From: an uncultured delta proteobacterium
Lineage (GTDB): Bacteria > Desulfobacterota > Zymogenia > Zymogenales > Zymogenaceae
Length of the DNA: 64,000 nt
Assembly (NCBI GenBank): GCA_963735595.1
Contig: CAVTLK010000003.1
Coordinates: 1 to 64,000, forward strand
Direction: 5' to 3'
The notes beneath the pieces are model-generated. The model had not been told where the DNA came from. It made no database searches and saw only the letters and a list, made by a program, of their open reading frames with translations. Made by a program: the position numbers and the translations under genes. Of the stretch, positions 32,846 through 43,034 are shown in pieces. Position 1 is the stretch's first letter; every line of letters begins with the position of its first letter.

Positions 32846-34214
32846 TCATACGTGGCCGTATCGGGTTACCGGGTATTAACGCTGCCGGGAAGATAGGCAT
32901 CGAGGATTTTATCCTTGGCCTTCCCGATACCAATCTACGGCCGCCCGGCCGAGATTATCGGCCCTGTCCGGCGTGATTTTGAAGCGGGTCGGGGTCTGCC
33001 TCGAATTTACGCGAGATATCTTCATCGTCGGCAAGATACGGAGAGATATAGACGAATGCGATGTCCTTGTATCGGGGATCAGAGCTCGTCAGGAACATGA
33101 TCGTAATGTAGGTCAACGCCTTGCCCCGAAAGAAGCTGATGTTCATCGCCCGCTCGGCAGTTTCCGCAAGCCTGAAGCCCCGTACGGAACCAATGGACTT
33201 GGCGGGGTCAATGCTGTGGTTTGAGTCGATGATGATGACCAGCCCACCGCGGTAGGCACGTCCGGGTGTATCGATGAGCCGATCGATCATCAGCTGCATG
33301 ATCGTCGCGATCCCCTGGTTGTCGTTGATTCCGCCGTCGCTGACGTGAATATAGAAATCCTCCTCAGGTGTGGAGTTTTTTTGATCCTTGAGGACAATGG
33401 GTCCCAGGAGGAGCGGGACGGAGGCGGAGGCGGCCACGCCGCGGGAGACCTCCATGTCGCCGATGGAAAGCCCGATGTCGTCACAAAAGGTGACACCCAG
33501 CAGGTCGCCGCCGAAGCGAAACTCGCACTTTCCGAACCCGGTTCGGGAAAGATCTTCGGCCACTTCCCTGGGCGTCCCGTCGAAGTCGTCCTTCGTAAGG
33601 GTGGTGAAGAGAAATTTCGCCCCGGTGTCCATGACGGTGCCGTTCATGATGAGTGTGGGGGACCACCCGTTTCTCTGGCGTTTGCCCAGCTCGTCAAACT
33701 TCCGGTTGTTGAAGTAGAGTTTGTCAAACGACTGCTTGAGGAGCAGCCCCGTCTCTTCCGAGGTCAGGAAGAACTTGTAGAAACGGAACAGGTTCTTGAC
33801 TAGGTTACCCTCTATGTTTCTGCGCATATCGGTCCGATACGTGTCGAAAAACTGGTCGTACAGGTCGGTATGCGAGGAATCGACGTTCGGCTTGTTCATG
33901 CAGTAGTAGGCCATTGAGAGGCTGCCTCCGGAGACACTGGAGATGTAGTCGATCTCATCGATGATGCTCCTGCCGTCGGGGAGTTTGACCTGTTTATATA
34001 ACTCTTCCATTACGGCGGCGGAAAATACGGCGGCGCGGCTGCCCCCGCCGGAGACCGCCACCGCAAAAAAGAAGTCGCCGTCGTTTACCGGAGTATATTG
34101 GCGCCTGACGGGGCTCGGTTGATCATAGACGAGCAGTTCGTAGTTGATGGTCGAGCAGGCAAGTGGAAACGAGAGCAGAAAAACAAACCCGCCGAGCATG
34201 AGAATCCTCTTCAT
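32846..34214 (-). CDS. Patatin-like phospholipase, lipoprotein (2 of 3; frameshift near C-terminus)
   Basis: PLAC lipobox; VSGGGSRAA, SSVSGGS, DGGINDNQG. Confidence 0.85.
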
Positions 34215-34615
34215 TGAAAACCTCCGGTGCGTTTATCAAAGGGGCCAAACTCGCCCGTGATTATATACTGTTATTGCCTCATTTCAACGCAAAACCGCCC
34301 GGGGATATACTGAAGATCCCTTGTTTTGCGGATCCTTACAACCGGGGGGGGCGATACGTGCGGTACCGTCGCCGCCACGAAAGAGCCCATGAGGGGCTGC
34401 TCGATCATACGCATTAAAAAGCGACAGAGAGACCAACGAGGTCCAATACAGAGAGGACGACCACGCGCCTAAAAGGAAACGCCGGTGTGTCTCTCGTGCA
34501 TCGCGTTTATATGTTCACGTCGGCCTGCAAGGGACGCGGGGAAATCATGCCGTACGCCTCATTATTTCCCCCTCCCGGGATCAATGAACGGGACGGGCGG
34601 TCCCCGGAGTTACGA

Positions 34616-35965
34616 CTATTTCTTCCGATCTATATAGGGCAGATAAGTATCGAGGAGTTTACCCTTCACTTTTCGTACTATGATTTCGGCCGCCCGCTCG
34701 AGGTTATCAGCCTTGTCCGGGTCGATTTTGAAACGGGTCGGGGTCTGCTGGAAGAGCGTCAATATCTCGGGGTCGTCGGCCTGGTCCGGCGAGATGTAGA
34801 CAAAGGTGACATTCTTGAAACGAGGGTCGGCGCTCATCAGGAACATGATAGTGATGTAGGTAAGGGCCTTGCTCCGTAAGATGCTGATGTTCATTGCCCG
34901 CTCGGCAGTACCCAGCACGGTGAAGCCCCTGACGGAATTTACGGAGAGGCTCGGGTCGATGGTCTGGTTGGAGTCGATAATGATAACCAGGCCGCCCTTA
35001 TACGGTCGTTCGCGGGGGGTATCGACGAACCGGTCGATGATTAGCTGCATTACCGTGGTGATTCCCTGGTTATCGCTGATTCCCCCGTCTCCGACGTGGG
35101 TGAAGAATTCGTCGCCGGGTTTGGACTGCTTCTGATTTTTCAGGACGATGGGCCCCAGCACGAGCGGCACCGAGGCGGAGGCCACCACTCCTCGGGAAAC
35201 ATCCATCTTGCCGATGGAAAGGCCGATGTCGTCACAAAAGGTGAGCCCCAGGAGATCTCCACCGAAGTGGTAATCGCTCTTGGCAAAGCCGGTTTCTGAC
35301 AGCCTCTCGACGAGGGTATGGGGCGCGGCATCGAAATCATGTGGCGTGAGGGTGGTAAAGAGGAATAACGAGCCCGTATCCAGATTCGTACCGTTGAGTA
35401 TCAGGGTTGGGCACGACCCGTTTTCCTGGCGTTTGGCGATCTCGTCAAAAGTTCGATCATGGAAATAGAACTTGTCAAAGTCTTTCTTGAGGTAGATCCC
35501 CTTCTTTTCCGAGCTGGCGAAGAATCGATACCAGCGGAAGAAGGTCTTGGGCAGGTTGCTGCCGGTGTCCCTCCTCATGTCGGCCAGATACTGGGTATAG
35601 AATTCGTCATACAGATCGGTATGAGATGAGTCGGCATTCGGCTTGTTCATACAGTAGTAGGCCATGGAAAGGCTGCCGCCGGAGACACTGGAGATGTAGT
35701 CGATCTCGTCGGTGATGCTCCGGCCGTCTGGAAGCTTGACCTGTTTATAAAGCTCTTTCAAAATTGCGGCGGAAAAGACCGCTGCGCGGCTTCCTCCCCC
35801 GGAAACCGCGACCGCGAAGATGTAATCTCCGTCGTCCGCCGGGACATATTGAGTCGTAATTGGGCTGGGTTGGTCATAGACGAGCAGGTTGTAGTTGATG
35901 GTTGAGCAGGCAAAGGGGAAAAGGAGGGACAAGGCCACAACATTCAGGATTAGCAACCGTCTCAT
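34616..35965 (-). CDS. Patatin-like phospholipase, lipoprotein (3 of 3)
   Basis: PFAC lipobox; VSGGGSRAA, SSVSGGS, DGGISDNQG. Confidence 0.87.
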   Translation of the reverse strand: MRRLLILNVVALSLLFPFACSTINYNLLVYDQPSPITTQYVPADDGDYIFAVAVSGGGSRAAVFSAAILKELYKQVKLPDGRSITDEIDYISSVSGGSLSMAYYCMNKPNADSSHTDLYDEFYTQYLADMRRDTGSNLPKTFFRWYRFFASSEKKGIYLKKDFDKFYFHDRTFDEIAKRQENGSCPTLILNGTNLDTGSLFLFTTLTPHDFDAAPHTLVERLSETGFAKSDYHFGGDLLGLTFCDDIGLSIGKMDVSRGVVASASVPLVLGPIVLKNQKQSKPGDEFFTHVGDGGISDNQGITTVMQLIIDRFVDTPRERPYKGGLVIIIDSNQTIDPSLSVNSVRGFTVLGTAERAMNISILRSKALTYITIMFLMSADPRFKNVTFVYISPDQADDPEILTLFQQTPTRFKIDPDKADNLERAAEIIVRKVKGKLLDTYLPYIDRKK

Positions 35966-36116
35966 GCAAAACCTCCCCACGCTCTTTTATTTGTATTGAT
36001 AAAAAGGGGTTATCTCTCTATAATTATACACGGTTCTTCTTATGGTTCAATCTAAAACAGCCGCGGGGAGTGCCGGTTACCCCTCGTCATGCACAATAAA
36101 CCGATAGGAGGTCGGC

Positions 36117-37475
36117 ATGTGTGATACCATCGTCGCAACGAAAGAGGCCACAAGAGACGGATCGGTCATTCTTGCCAAGAACAGCGACCGGGAGCCCAAC
36201 GAGGCCCAATACATTGAATATCACCCCGCCCGGGACTACGCCGCGGGTCAACAGCTGAAGGTCACCTATCTCACCATTGAGCAGGCCAGACAAACCCGCG
36301 CCGTTTTGCTCTCGCGCCCCTTCTGGATGTGGGGGGCTGAGATGGGGGCCAACGACGCCGGGGTCGCCATCGGAAACGAGGCGGTCTTCACGAAGCTCCC
36401 GATGAGGAAGGAAAAGATGCTCCTGGGTATGGACCTCCTGCGGCTTGCGCTGGAGCGCGCAACGGACGCCGAGCAGGCCCTCGACGTGATCACGAAGCTC
36501 CTGGCCAGGTACGGACAGGGGGGGCCGGCGGGATATGAGGACAAGCGGTTCGCTTACCATAATTCGTTCATCATCGCCGATCCTCAGGGGGCATGGGTGC
36601 TGGAGACGGCCGATCGGGAGTGGGCGGCAAAACGGATTACGGGCGTCTATTCAATCTCCAACGGGCTGACTATCGGCGGCGAATTCGACAAGGCGTCGGC
36701 AGCCCTGGTTTCGACAGCCGTAGAAAAGGGGTGGACTAAATCGAAGGCCGACTTCGAGTTTGCCCGCGACTATTCCGACTGGTTCTTTACGACATTTTCG
36801 ATGTGCCGCCCACGCGCGGCCCGCACTACCGAGGCCGTCTCGGGAAGGAGCGGGTCGGTGGACTGCCGGTCGATGATGGACCTCCTGCGCGACCACGGGG
36901 GAGAGGGGACCGCCCACGAACCGCACCGCGGCCTGTTTATGAACAAGGTCTGCATGCACGCCGCGAACGGCCTTTCCCGGGCCAGCCAGACGACCGGATC
37001 GCTGGTTTGCCGCCTCGGGGGGGATATCAACACCCACTGGATCACCGGAACGGCCGCGCCCTGCACCTCGGTCTTTAAGCCGTTCTTCTTCGAGGCGGCG
37101 CGATCGGCCGACGCGGGGCCCGAGCCGACGGGGACCTACAATGCGAAAAACCTCTGGTGGTCTCACGAGCGGCTTCACCGGGCGATCCTCATGGACTACC
37201 CGGCGCGGATGGGCGTTATGGCCGCGGAGCGGGACAAGCTCGAAGGACGGTTTATAACCGAGGGGAAAAAGACCGTGGCGGAGGCCGGCAAGCTTACCGG
37301 CGACGCGCGAAGGAGGCTGCTTTCAGCCTTTTCGGAAGAATGTTTTGCCGAGGCGTGGAAGGCCGAACGACAATGGACCGAGGCCGTGGCGAAAACACCG
37401 GTAAGAAAGCGGCCGTCAGCGCTCTTTCGGTCCTACTGGAACAAACAGAATAAGAAGGCGGGGCTGAGTCTATAG
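36117..37475 (+). CDS. Peptidase C69 (dipeptidase/secernin-like Ntn hydrolase)
   Basis: MCDT N-terminus, AKNSDREPNEAQ, WMWGAEMGAN..GVAIGNEAV; RBS aggagg. Confidence 0.9.
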   Translation: MCDTIVATKEATRDGSVILAKNSDREPNEAQYIEYHPARDYAAGQQLKVTYLTIEQARQTRAVLLSRPFWMWGAEMGANDAGVAIGNEAVFTKLPMRKEKMLLGMDLLRLALERATDAEQALDVITKLLARYGQGGPAGYEDKRFAYHNSFIIADPQGAWVLETADREWAAKRITGVYSISNGLTIGGEFDKASAALVSTAVEKGWTKSKADFEFARDYSDWFFTTFSMCRPRAARTTEAVSGRSGSVDCRSMMDLLRDHGGEGTAHEPHRGLFMNKVCMHAANGLSRASQTTGSLVCRLGGDINTHWITGTAAPCTSVFKPFFFEAARSADAGPEPTGTYNAKNLWWSHERLHRAILMDYPARMGVMAAERDKLEGRFITEGKKTVAEAGKLTGDARRRLLSAFSEECFAEAWKAERQWTEAVAKTPVRKRPSALFRSYWNKQNKKAGLSL

Positions 37476-37477
37476 CT

Positions 37478-37828
37478 CTACGATACTTCCACGTCCCGGG
37501 GCAGGACGCCCCGTTTTGAGAGCATGGCGATAACCGTGCTGACCTCGTCCGGGCTAACCTGCGTCTGACCGGCGATATCGGCGATGTTGACGCGCCCCGT
37601 TTCGCGGGCGGCTGCGAGAATAGCAGACCCGACCTTCGTGATGAGGGCCACCCGGCGCCGGCCCAGCACGATCAACACGAAGCCGGGAAGAAACAGGACG
37701 ACGCCCGCAAGCAATAGTAAACGCGCGGAATAGGGCGAGTGAAAGACCGCCACCGTGACAAGTGCCAGCACGAAACATGCTACCAGAAAGCCTCCAGCCA
37801 TTAACCGCGCCATAGGTAACCGCTCCAT
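37478..37828 (-). CDS. Small 2-TM protein with C-terminal wHTH-like region
   Basis: Two hydrophobic helices, then GRVNIADIA....VS..EV. Confidence 0.55.
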   Translation of the reverse strand: MERLPMARLMAGGFLVACFVLALVTVAVFHSPYSARLLLLAGVVLFLPGFVLIVLGRRRVALITKVGSAILAAARETGRVNIADIAGQTQVSPDEVSTVIAMLSKRGVLPRDVEVS

Positions 37829-37928
37829 ATATTGTCTATCTATCGTCCGTCGGCGTCCGTGTTTCGTCTTCGCCGGACCGCCGAGCTTCCTATCATAGCA
37901 GAAATCCCCGGACTTGACGCCAAAAAAG

Positions 37929-37974
37929 TTGACATCGTGAAATAATCGTTTCATAATATGAACCGTGGTTCTAT
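37929..37974 (+). promoter_or_regulatory. Sigma70 promoter plus candidate TetR operators
   Basis: TTGACA-17-CATAAT; palindromes tgaaa-N6-tttca (37938-37953) and gaacc-gt-ggttc (37960-37971). Confidence 0.7.
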
Positions 37975-38067
37975 TTAAGCCGGTGCGCCCGCGTATCGCG
38001 TTTTTTTTAAGCGGGGCCCGGCACATTGTCGAGATCGTCATGTGCGTCTACCAACGAGGGGCAGCAG

Positions 38068-38670
38068 ATGAGGCGCAGGGAGCGGGAAAACCTCCGCAGA
38101 AGAGATGAAATGATGGCCGCGGCCGCGCGTCTCTTCGCCGACCGCGGCTACGTGCGGACGACCATGGTCGACATCGCAAAGCGGGCGGAGTTCGCCCTCG
38201 GCACCATTTACCAGTCGTTCCGAACGAAGGAAGACGTCTACTTTTCCATCCTCAGCGAGAAGTCGGACGAGCTCATCGCGATCCTGGACCGTGAAGATCT
38301 CAAGGGGCTGTCCCCGGAGGATGCGCTGGAGCGGGCGGTCCGCATTGTGTTGGAGTTTTTCGAAAAGAACATCGATTTTTTCAGGATTTATATTACCGAT
38401 TGGGGAACGTTCGAGACCAATCTCACGGGGGATTACCGGCGTATCCTCAAGGAGAAGTACGACCGCTTTCTCGCACATTTTGCCGGTATAATACGGCAGG
38501 GAATAGCCGGGGGTGTCTTCAAGCCCTATGACGCCGTCGAGACCGCCTACGTGCTCGTGGGTATCCTATCGGCCTACATATTCCAATGGTCGGTTGAGCG
38601 GAAGGCGGCGTCGTTCGTGGAAAAGACCGAGCTGATCATGAAGCTTTTCCTGGAAGGGGCGCGGACATGA
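38068..38670 (+). CDS. TetR/AcrR transcriptional regulator
   Basis: AAARLFADRGY..TTM.DIA..AEF..GTIY..F.TKE. Confidence 0.92.
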   Translation: MRRRERENLRRRDEMMAAAARLFADRGYVRTTMVDIAKRAEFALGTIYQSFRTKEDVYFSILSEKSDELIAILDREDLKGLSPEDALERAVRIVLEFFEKNIDFFRIYITDWGTFETNLTGDYRRILKEKYDRFLAHFAGIIRQGIAGGVFKPYDAVETAYVLVGILSAYIFQWSVERKAASFVEKTELIMKLFLEGART

Positions 38671-39629
38671 TTAAGCGCTCCATCCTGCGGTTTCTGATGC
38701 TGTTCAATCCGGCGGAGCTCTGTGCCTGGTCTTTTTTCGTTTTTGTTACGCTTCTGATCATCATCTTCAATGAAAGTGCAGCCATAAGGCCCTATTTTAT
38801 TGCCAATATCTGTATTCTCCACATTATTGTCGCCGTGGCCCTCATCGTGAAAAAACGTCCGGAGCTTCGCCTCCTCGTTCACCTGCGCAACTGGTACCCG
38901 GCCTTTCTCGTGACCGTTCCCTACCGGGAGCTCTCGATACTCATCCCCCAGATTCAGCCCAGAGACATCGACGACATGCTGATACGGCTGGACTATTTTA
39001 TCTTTCACGCCCATCCGACCGTCTTCATCGAGCGCTTTGAGGTACCGGTGCTCACCGATATCTTCCAAATCGTTTACTGTTCGTATTATTTTCTCCCGAT
39101 TACGCTGGGGCTTTTCGTATACCTGCGCAGGGAGTCAAGGGATTTCATACACGTAATCTTCGCAGTCCTTTTTTCTTTCTATGTCACCTACGTCGGCTAC
39201 ATACTATTTCCCGCGGTCGGCCCACGATTCTCTCTCTATCATCTCCAGACGATGCCGCTTGTGGGATATGCCGTGACGCTTCCCATCCGGGATTATCTGA
39301 ACTGGCTTGAGCATATCATGCGCGACGCGTTCCCGAGTGGGCATACGATGCTTGCGCTGGTAGTCCTCTTCTATACCTGGCGCTATGAGAAGCGGCTGTT
39401 ATTCCTGTTTGCTCCGATCGCGCTTCTGATTATCATTTCGACGATATACCTGAGGTATCACTATGCGGTGGATGTCCTGGCCGGGATCATCCTCACCGTC
39501 CCGACTATCGTGGCCGCCGAGGTGGCCATGGACTGGTGGGAGAGAGACCCAGAAGCTCTACCGACGCTACCCGGACACCAAATTATTAAAAAGTTTATAG
39601 CGGGGACTGATTATGACACAGACAATTGA
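38667..39629 (+). CDS. PAP2/Aur1-like membrane phosphatase or phosphotransferase
   Basis: FPAVGPRF, DAFPSGHT, RYHYAVDVLAG. Confidence 0.85.
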   Translation: MIKRSILRFLMLFNPAELCAWSFFVFVTLLIIIFNESAAIRPYFIANICILHIIVAVALIVKKRPELRLLVHLRNWYPAFLVTVPYRELSILIPQIQPRDIDDMLIRLDYFIFHAHPTVFIERFEVPVLTDIFQIVYCSYYFLPITLGLFVYLRRESRDFIHVIFAVLFSFYVTYVGYILFPAVGPRFSLYHLQTMPLVGYAVTLPIRDYLNWLEHIMRDAFPSGHTMLALVVLFYTWRYEKRLLFLFAPIALLIIISTIYLRYHYAVDVLAGIILTVPTIVAAEVAMDWWERDPEALPTLPGHQIIKKFIAGTDYDTDN

Positions 39630-40737
39630 GGTAAGAACGGTAAAAACCGGTGAGGACCGAAAGCAGTTTATTTCATTTCCCTGGCAGATCTACAAGGACG
39701 ATCCTAACTGGGTGCCCCCCCTGAAGATGGACTACAAGAAGCTGCTGACTCCCGGCAAACATCCCTATTATGAGCACGGGGAGGTCGAGTTCTTCATGGT
39801 CTTTAGGAGCGGAAGGCTTGCCGGCCGGATGACCGCCCACACCAACACGCTGCACAACGAAATCCATCGGGACAAGGTCGGGTTTTTCGGCTTCTTCGAG
39901 TGCGAGGATGACCCGGCCTGCGCGAAGGCCCTCTTTGACGCCGGGGCGCAATGGCTTAAGGCCAAGGGTATGGATACGATGCGTGGGCCGGACAGCTTCT
40001 CCCAGAACGAGATAGTGGGGCTTCTGGTGGACGCCTTTGACATGCCGCCGATGTTCGACATGGCCTATAACCCCCCCTACTACGAAAAGCTGGTCGACGG
40101 GTACGGGTTTGAGCTTGCCAAGAAACTCTACGCGTACCGCTTCAACGCCAACCAGGACATGCCGGAGAAGGTCGCCCGGATTTCCGAGATGATCAAGAAG
40201 CGCAAGGGCATCGAGGTGCGTACGGTAAACTTCAAGGATTGGGACAACGAGCTGATTCGGGTCAAACGGGTCTACAACAGCGCCTGGACGCTCAACTGGG
40301 GGTTCTGCCCTATCACCGAGGCCGAGTTTCAGAAGCTGGTGCACGACCTCAAGCCGGTCGCGGTTCAGGACCTGATCTTCATGGCGTTTGTCAACGGCCA
40401 GATCGCGGGGATTTCCATCACGCTTCCCGATATAAACGTCATTATTAAAGAAATAAAGGGCAATCTCTTTCCCTTCGGGTTTATCAAGATACTTACGGGG
40501 GTGAAGAAGATCAAGACGGCCCGGGTCACGATCATGGGCGTGATCCATGAGTACCAGAAGCTGGGGCTGGACGCCGTCTTCTATCACGAGACGCTCAAGG
40601 CGGCCCGGAAGATGGGGATCGAATGGGGCGAGATGTCCTGGATACTGGAAGATAATCTCCCGATGGTCAGGGCGATAGAAAACCTCGGGGGGGAGATATA
40701 CAAAACATATAAGGTGTATGATTATAAGCTGAAGTAG
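39613..40737 (+). CDS. YghO-like tandem GNAT acyltransferase (bacterial ceramide synthase-like)
   Basis: FPWQIY.DDPNWVPPL, GFFGFFEC.DD, MRGP..FS.N..GLLV, YNPPYY, EMSWILEDN. Confidence 0.75.
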   Translation: MTQTIEVRTVKTGEDRKQFISFPWQIYKDDPNWVPPLKMDYKKLLTPGKHPYYEHGEVEFFMVFRSGRLAGRMTAHTNTLHNEIHRDKVGFFGFFECEDDPACAKALFDAGAQWLKAKGMDTMRGPDSFSQNEIVGLLVDAFDMPPMFDMAYNPPYYEKLVDGYGFELAKKLYAYRFNANQDMPEKVARISEMIKKRKGIEVRTVNFKDWDNELIRVKRVYNSAWTLNWGFCPITEAEFQKLVHDLKPVAVQDLIFMAFVNGQIAGISITLPDINVIIKEIKGNLFPFGFIKILTGVKKIKTARVTIMGVIHEYQKLGLDAVFYHETLKAARKMGIEWGEMSWILEDNLPMVRAIENLGGEIYKTYKVYDYKLK

Positions 40738-40755
40738 GTTTTGACGGAATGGAAC

Positions 40756-40790
40756 GAGAAAAAGGAACCGGATTTTTGGTTCCTTTTCTC
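40756..40790. terminator. Probable bidirectional terminator
   Basis: gagaaaaaggaacc / ggttccttttctc hairpin between convergent genes. Confidence 0.65.
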
Positions 40791-40928
40791 GTCCGGGTCG
40801 AGGTCGATACGTATAGCGGCGTGAGGGAGGAAATGCCGATTGCCCCTCATGTATATGAAGCTATTGAAGGCGGCGAACGATAGCCGGGCTATCCTCTGGT
40901 ATTTACCGATCATACCGAGTGAAGACAG

Positions 40929-41663
40929 CTACGCGAAAATTTGTTTGCCCCAGACGAGGTCGAATGTGTCAATCCTGAATTGATTAAAGACCGGGACAAA
41001 TTTCTCCACGGTTGCCTTATCGGCGGTATCTTTCAGGAAGTTTATGTTGACGGCAAACGTCGGGGTTTGTACGTAACCGCTGCCGAGGCCGAAGACCGTT
41101 TTGACATCATGCCTGGATACGAAGTCCTGCGCCGCAATAATCTTCCGGTTTCTTTTGTCTACCGTTGTTTTTGCGTCGTCAACGTAAAAGACGCCGCCCG
41201 GTTTTCCGAACGCATCGGAAACGATTTCCGAGTCTGTTCTGTCTATCCAGCTCAGGTCCAATCCGAGTTCATTGAGGAGTCGAGACATCATCGGTATCTC
41301 TTCGATAAAGGCGGACGAAACCAGTGGAATACCGACGTGTCCCTTCGATGACTTCCGGCTATTCCACGCGGAGTCGGCTCCCATAGTTCCCATCAGGGTG
41401 AGTACGAGGGTGTTGTCGCTTAAAAGATTTGAAACGTGTGCTCCTTCGGCAAGGCGCTCGACGAATTGCCTGTTTTCCAGTGGAAGTTCCCGAAAGGGGA
41501 CGGTCACGAAGGTTCGTGTGAGCACGACCGAGTCCTGGAATTCACCGTAAAGGAGGGAGTTAAAGGACTGGGCGGCTTCCTCAAGAGATCGGCTCTTCTT
41601 CAGCTGTTCGGATACCTTCTTAATTAGATTCAGTACTCCCACTGGATCGTTGATTTTTGCCAT
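40929..41663 (-). CDS. Hypothetical protein, possibly GAF-like
   Basis: Clean 244-aa ORF with RBS ggagg; LTLMGT.G....WNSR..S.GH..IPL, IPM..RLL, FYV.DA, AQDFV....VKTVFG.G. Confidence 0.7.
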   Translation of the reverse strand: MAKINDPVGVLNLIKKVSEQLKKSRSLEEAAQSFNSLLYGEFQDSVVLTRTFVTVPFRELPLENRQFVERLAEGAHVSNLLSDNTLVLTLMGTMGADSAWNSRKSSKGHVGIPLVSSAFIEEIPMMSRLLNELGLDLSWIDRTDSEIVSDAFGKPGGVFYVDDAKTTVDKRNRKIIAAQDFVSRHDVKTVFGLGSGYVQTPTFAVNINFLKDTADKATVEKFVPVFNQFRIDTFDLVWGKQIFA

Positions 41664-41742
41664 ATCATCCTCCCTCTGTATGTTACTGGCAGCTATCTCC
41701 TGGTGAATTCGAAGTGCGAAGGAGACCGCCTATTTTAAGTTA

Positions 41743-41758
41743 AGCAAGATACGTGCCA
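41743..41758 (-). promoter_or_regulatory. Sigma54 -24/-12 promoter
   Basis: TGGCAC-GTATC-TTGCT on the minus strand, 80 bp upstream of the 41663 ATG. Confidence 0.85.
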
Positions 41759-41846
41759 TTGCGGTTCAGGAATGCGTGAATAAGGCCAGTAATATCGAGT
41801 AGTTGAAATTCGCGGAAAGATACGAAAACAGGGAAAGACGAAAAAA

Positions 41847-41882
41847 CGTATAATATTTTGCAGAAGTGTAAGATATTATACG
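41847..41882. promoter_or_regulatory. Candidate enhancer-binding-protein upstream activator sites
   Basis: cgtataatat-N16-atattatacg perfect 10-bp inverted repeat, containing two TGT-N10-ACA-like boxes. Confidence 0.65.
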
Positions 41883-42043
41883 ATTACAGTTCGGACGGGG
41901 GGGTTGCTTCCATGGGCGTTGGCGGTGTTGAGCAGGTATAACTCCTCAGTGCGAGGGGAGAGCCGTCATAGGGAGCCACGGGCGAACCGACAGGTTGCCA
42001 TTATGAATCCGTCTCTGGTGTCTCCATCATGCGGTGTTATCCA

Positions 42044-42192
42044 GGGAGATCGCCACGGGGCCTTCGGCCCCTCGCAATGACAATAATAATCGTCGCCGGG
42101 GAGGCGGCATCTTTAGTAATAGCGGCCACTACGGGTGTTAAGGAAGTTCGCGGTTTTGTTTGTAGGGGCGGTATTCATGCCGTCCGACTGAC
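42044..42192. repeat. REP-like elements
   Basis: gagatcgccacggggccttcggcccctcgcaatgac hairpin and gtaggggcggtattcatgccgtcc (GTAG-type). Confidence 0.5.
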
Positions 42193-42252
42193 ACCCTACG
42201 GAGCTTGCTGCCCGGGCAGATAGTGAAGCGGCAATTTTATGTATCAGTTCCT

Positions 42253-42345
42253 CTTCGTGTCTTTGTGCCTTTGTGGTGAGCGTTCCCTCTTCCTTCCATC
42301 GTCCAATGGAAAAGGACTTCACCACGAAGGCACAAAGGCATAAAG
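42253..42345. repeat. Palindromic ~93-bp MITE/REP-like element, copy 1
   Basis: cttcgtgtctttgtgcctttgtggtga ... tcaccacgaaggcacaaaggcataaag. Confidence 0.75.
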
Positions 42346-42365
42346 AAAGTTATTTTGGATGTAAG

Positions 42366-42959
42366 CTATTCCTCTTTCTCCACCAGCCGGAAATAGCAGG
42401 TCTCATCCCCCTTTGCCATGCACGAGATTTCCCGTGCTATATACGCATCCTTACCGAAAGCCGTGTCTGCGATATACTGGATGAACCCCTCGTAGTGGGT
42501 GCACATGGACCGGTCAAAAACACAGCCCGTACAGTGCATGCAGTCAAAGCAGTCAAACTCGTCGGGTTTGCCGTCGATCTGGACGACTTTTCCCTTGCCG
42601 GAGCCGATCACAAACATCGCCAGCCCCTTGGAGAACTTCTCGCCGGCGGTAAGGCCCTCGTACTGTTCCATCAGGCGCATTTCTTCCATCACGCGCTTCA
42701 TGACGGTATATCCCGTGCGCCGCCAGATCCCGAGCGCCCCTCTATATCCGACGAGGTTTGCGATTTCGGTATAGATTTTTGCCTGTTCGGGTATTGTAAT
42801 GCAGGGGTCCCATGAATATTCGGGAGGGTTCTCGAAGACGTCAAGGAGTCCCGCGCTTCTGAAAACGATCTTGGCTCCATTCCTGCCAAGGATATCGGTT
42901 ATCCCGTCCAGCGAGGCGCGGATGGCCAGCTTCGTCGTACGTTTCTGTTGGTCTTCCAT
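42366..42959 (-). CDS. V4R (4-vinyl reductase) domain protein
   Basis: C..C, MC.HYEG, REISCMAKGDETCYF. Confidence 0.8.
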   Translation of the reverse strand: MEDQQKRTTKLAIRASLDGITDILGRNGAKIVFRSAGLLDVFENPPEYSWDPCITIPEQAKIYTEIANLVGYRGALGIWRRTGYTVMKRVMEEMRLMEQYEGLTAGEKFSKGLAMFVIGSGKGKVVQIDGKPDEFDCFDCMHCTGCVFDRSMCTHYEGFIQYIADTAFGKDAYIAREISCMAKGDETCYFRLVEKEE

Positions 42960-43034
42960 GTGGGTCCCCCGATGAGTCGTAAACTGTCTTTCCAGGGGCG
43001 GCGCATCGTGCAAGGTAGCGTGCGTTTCGATCGC

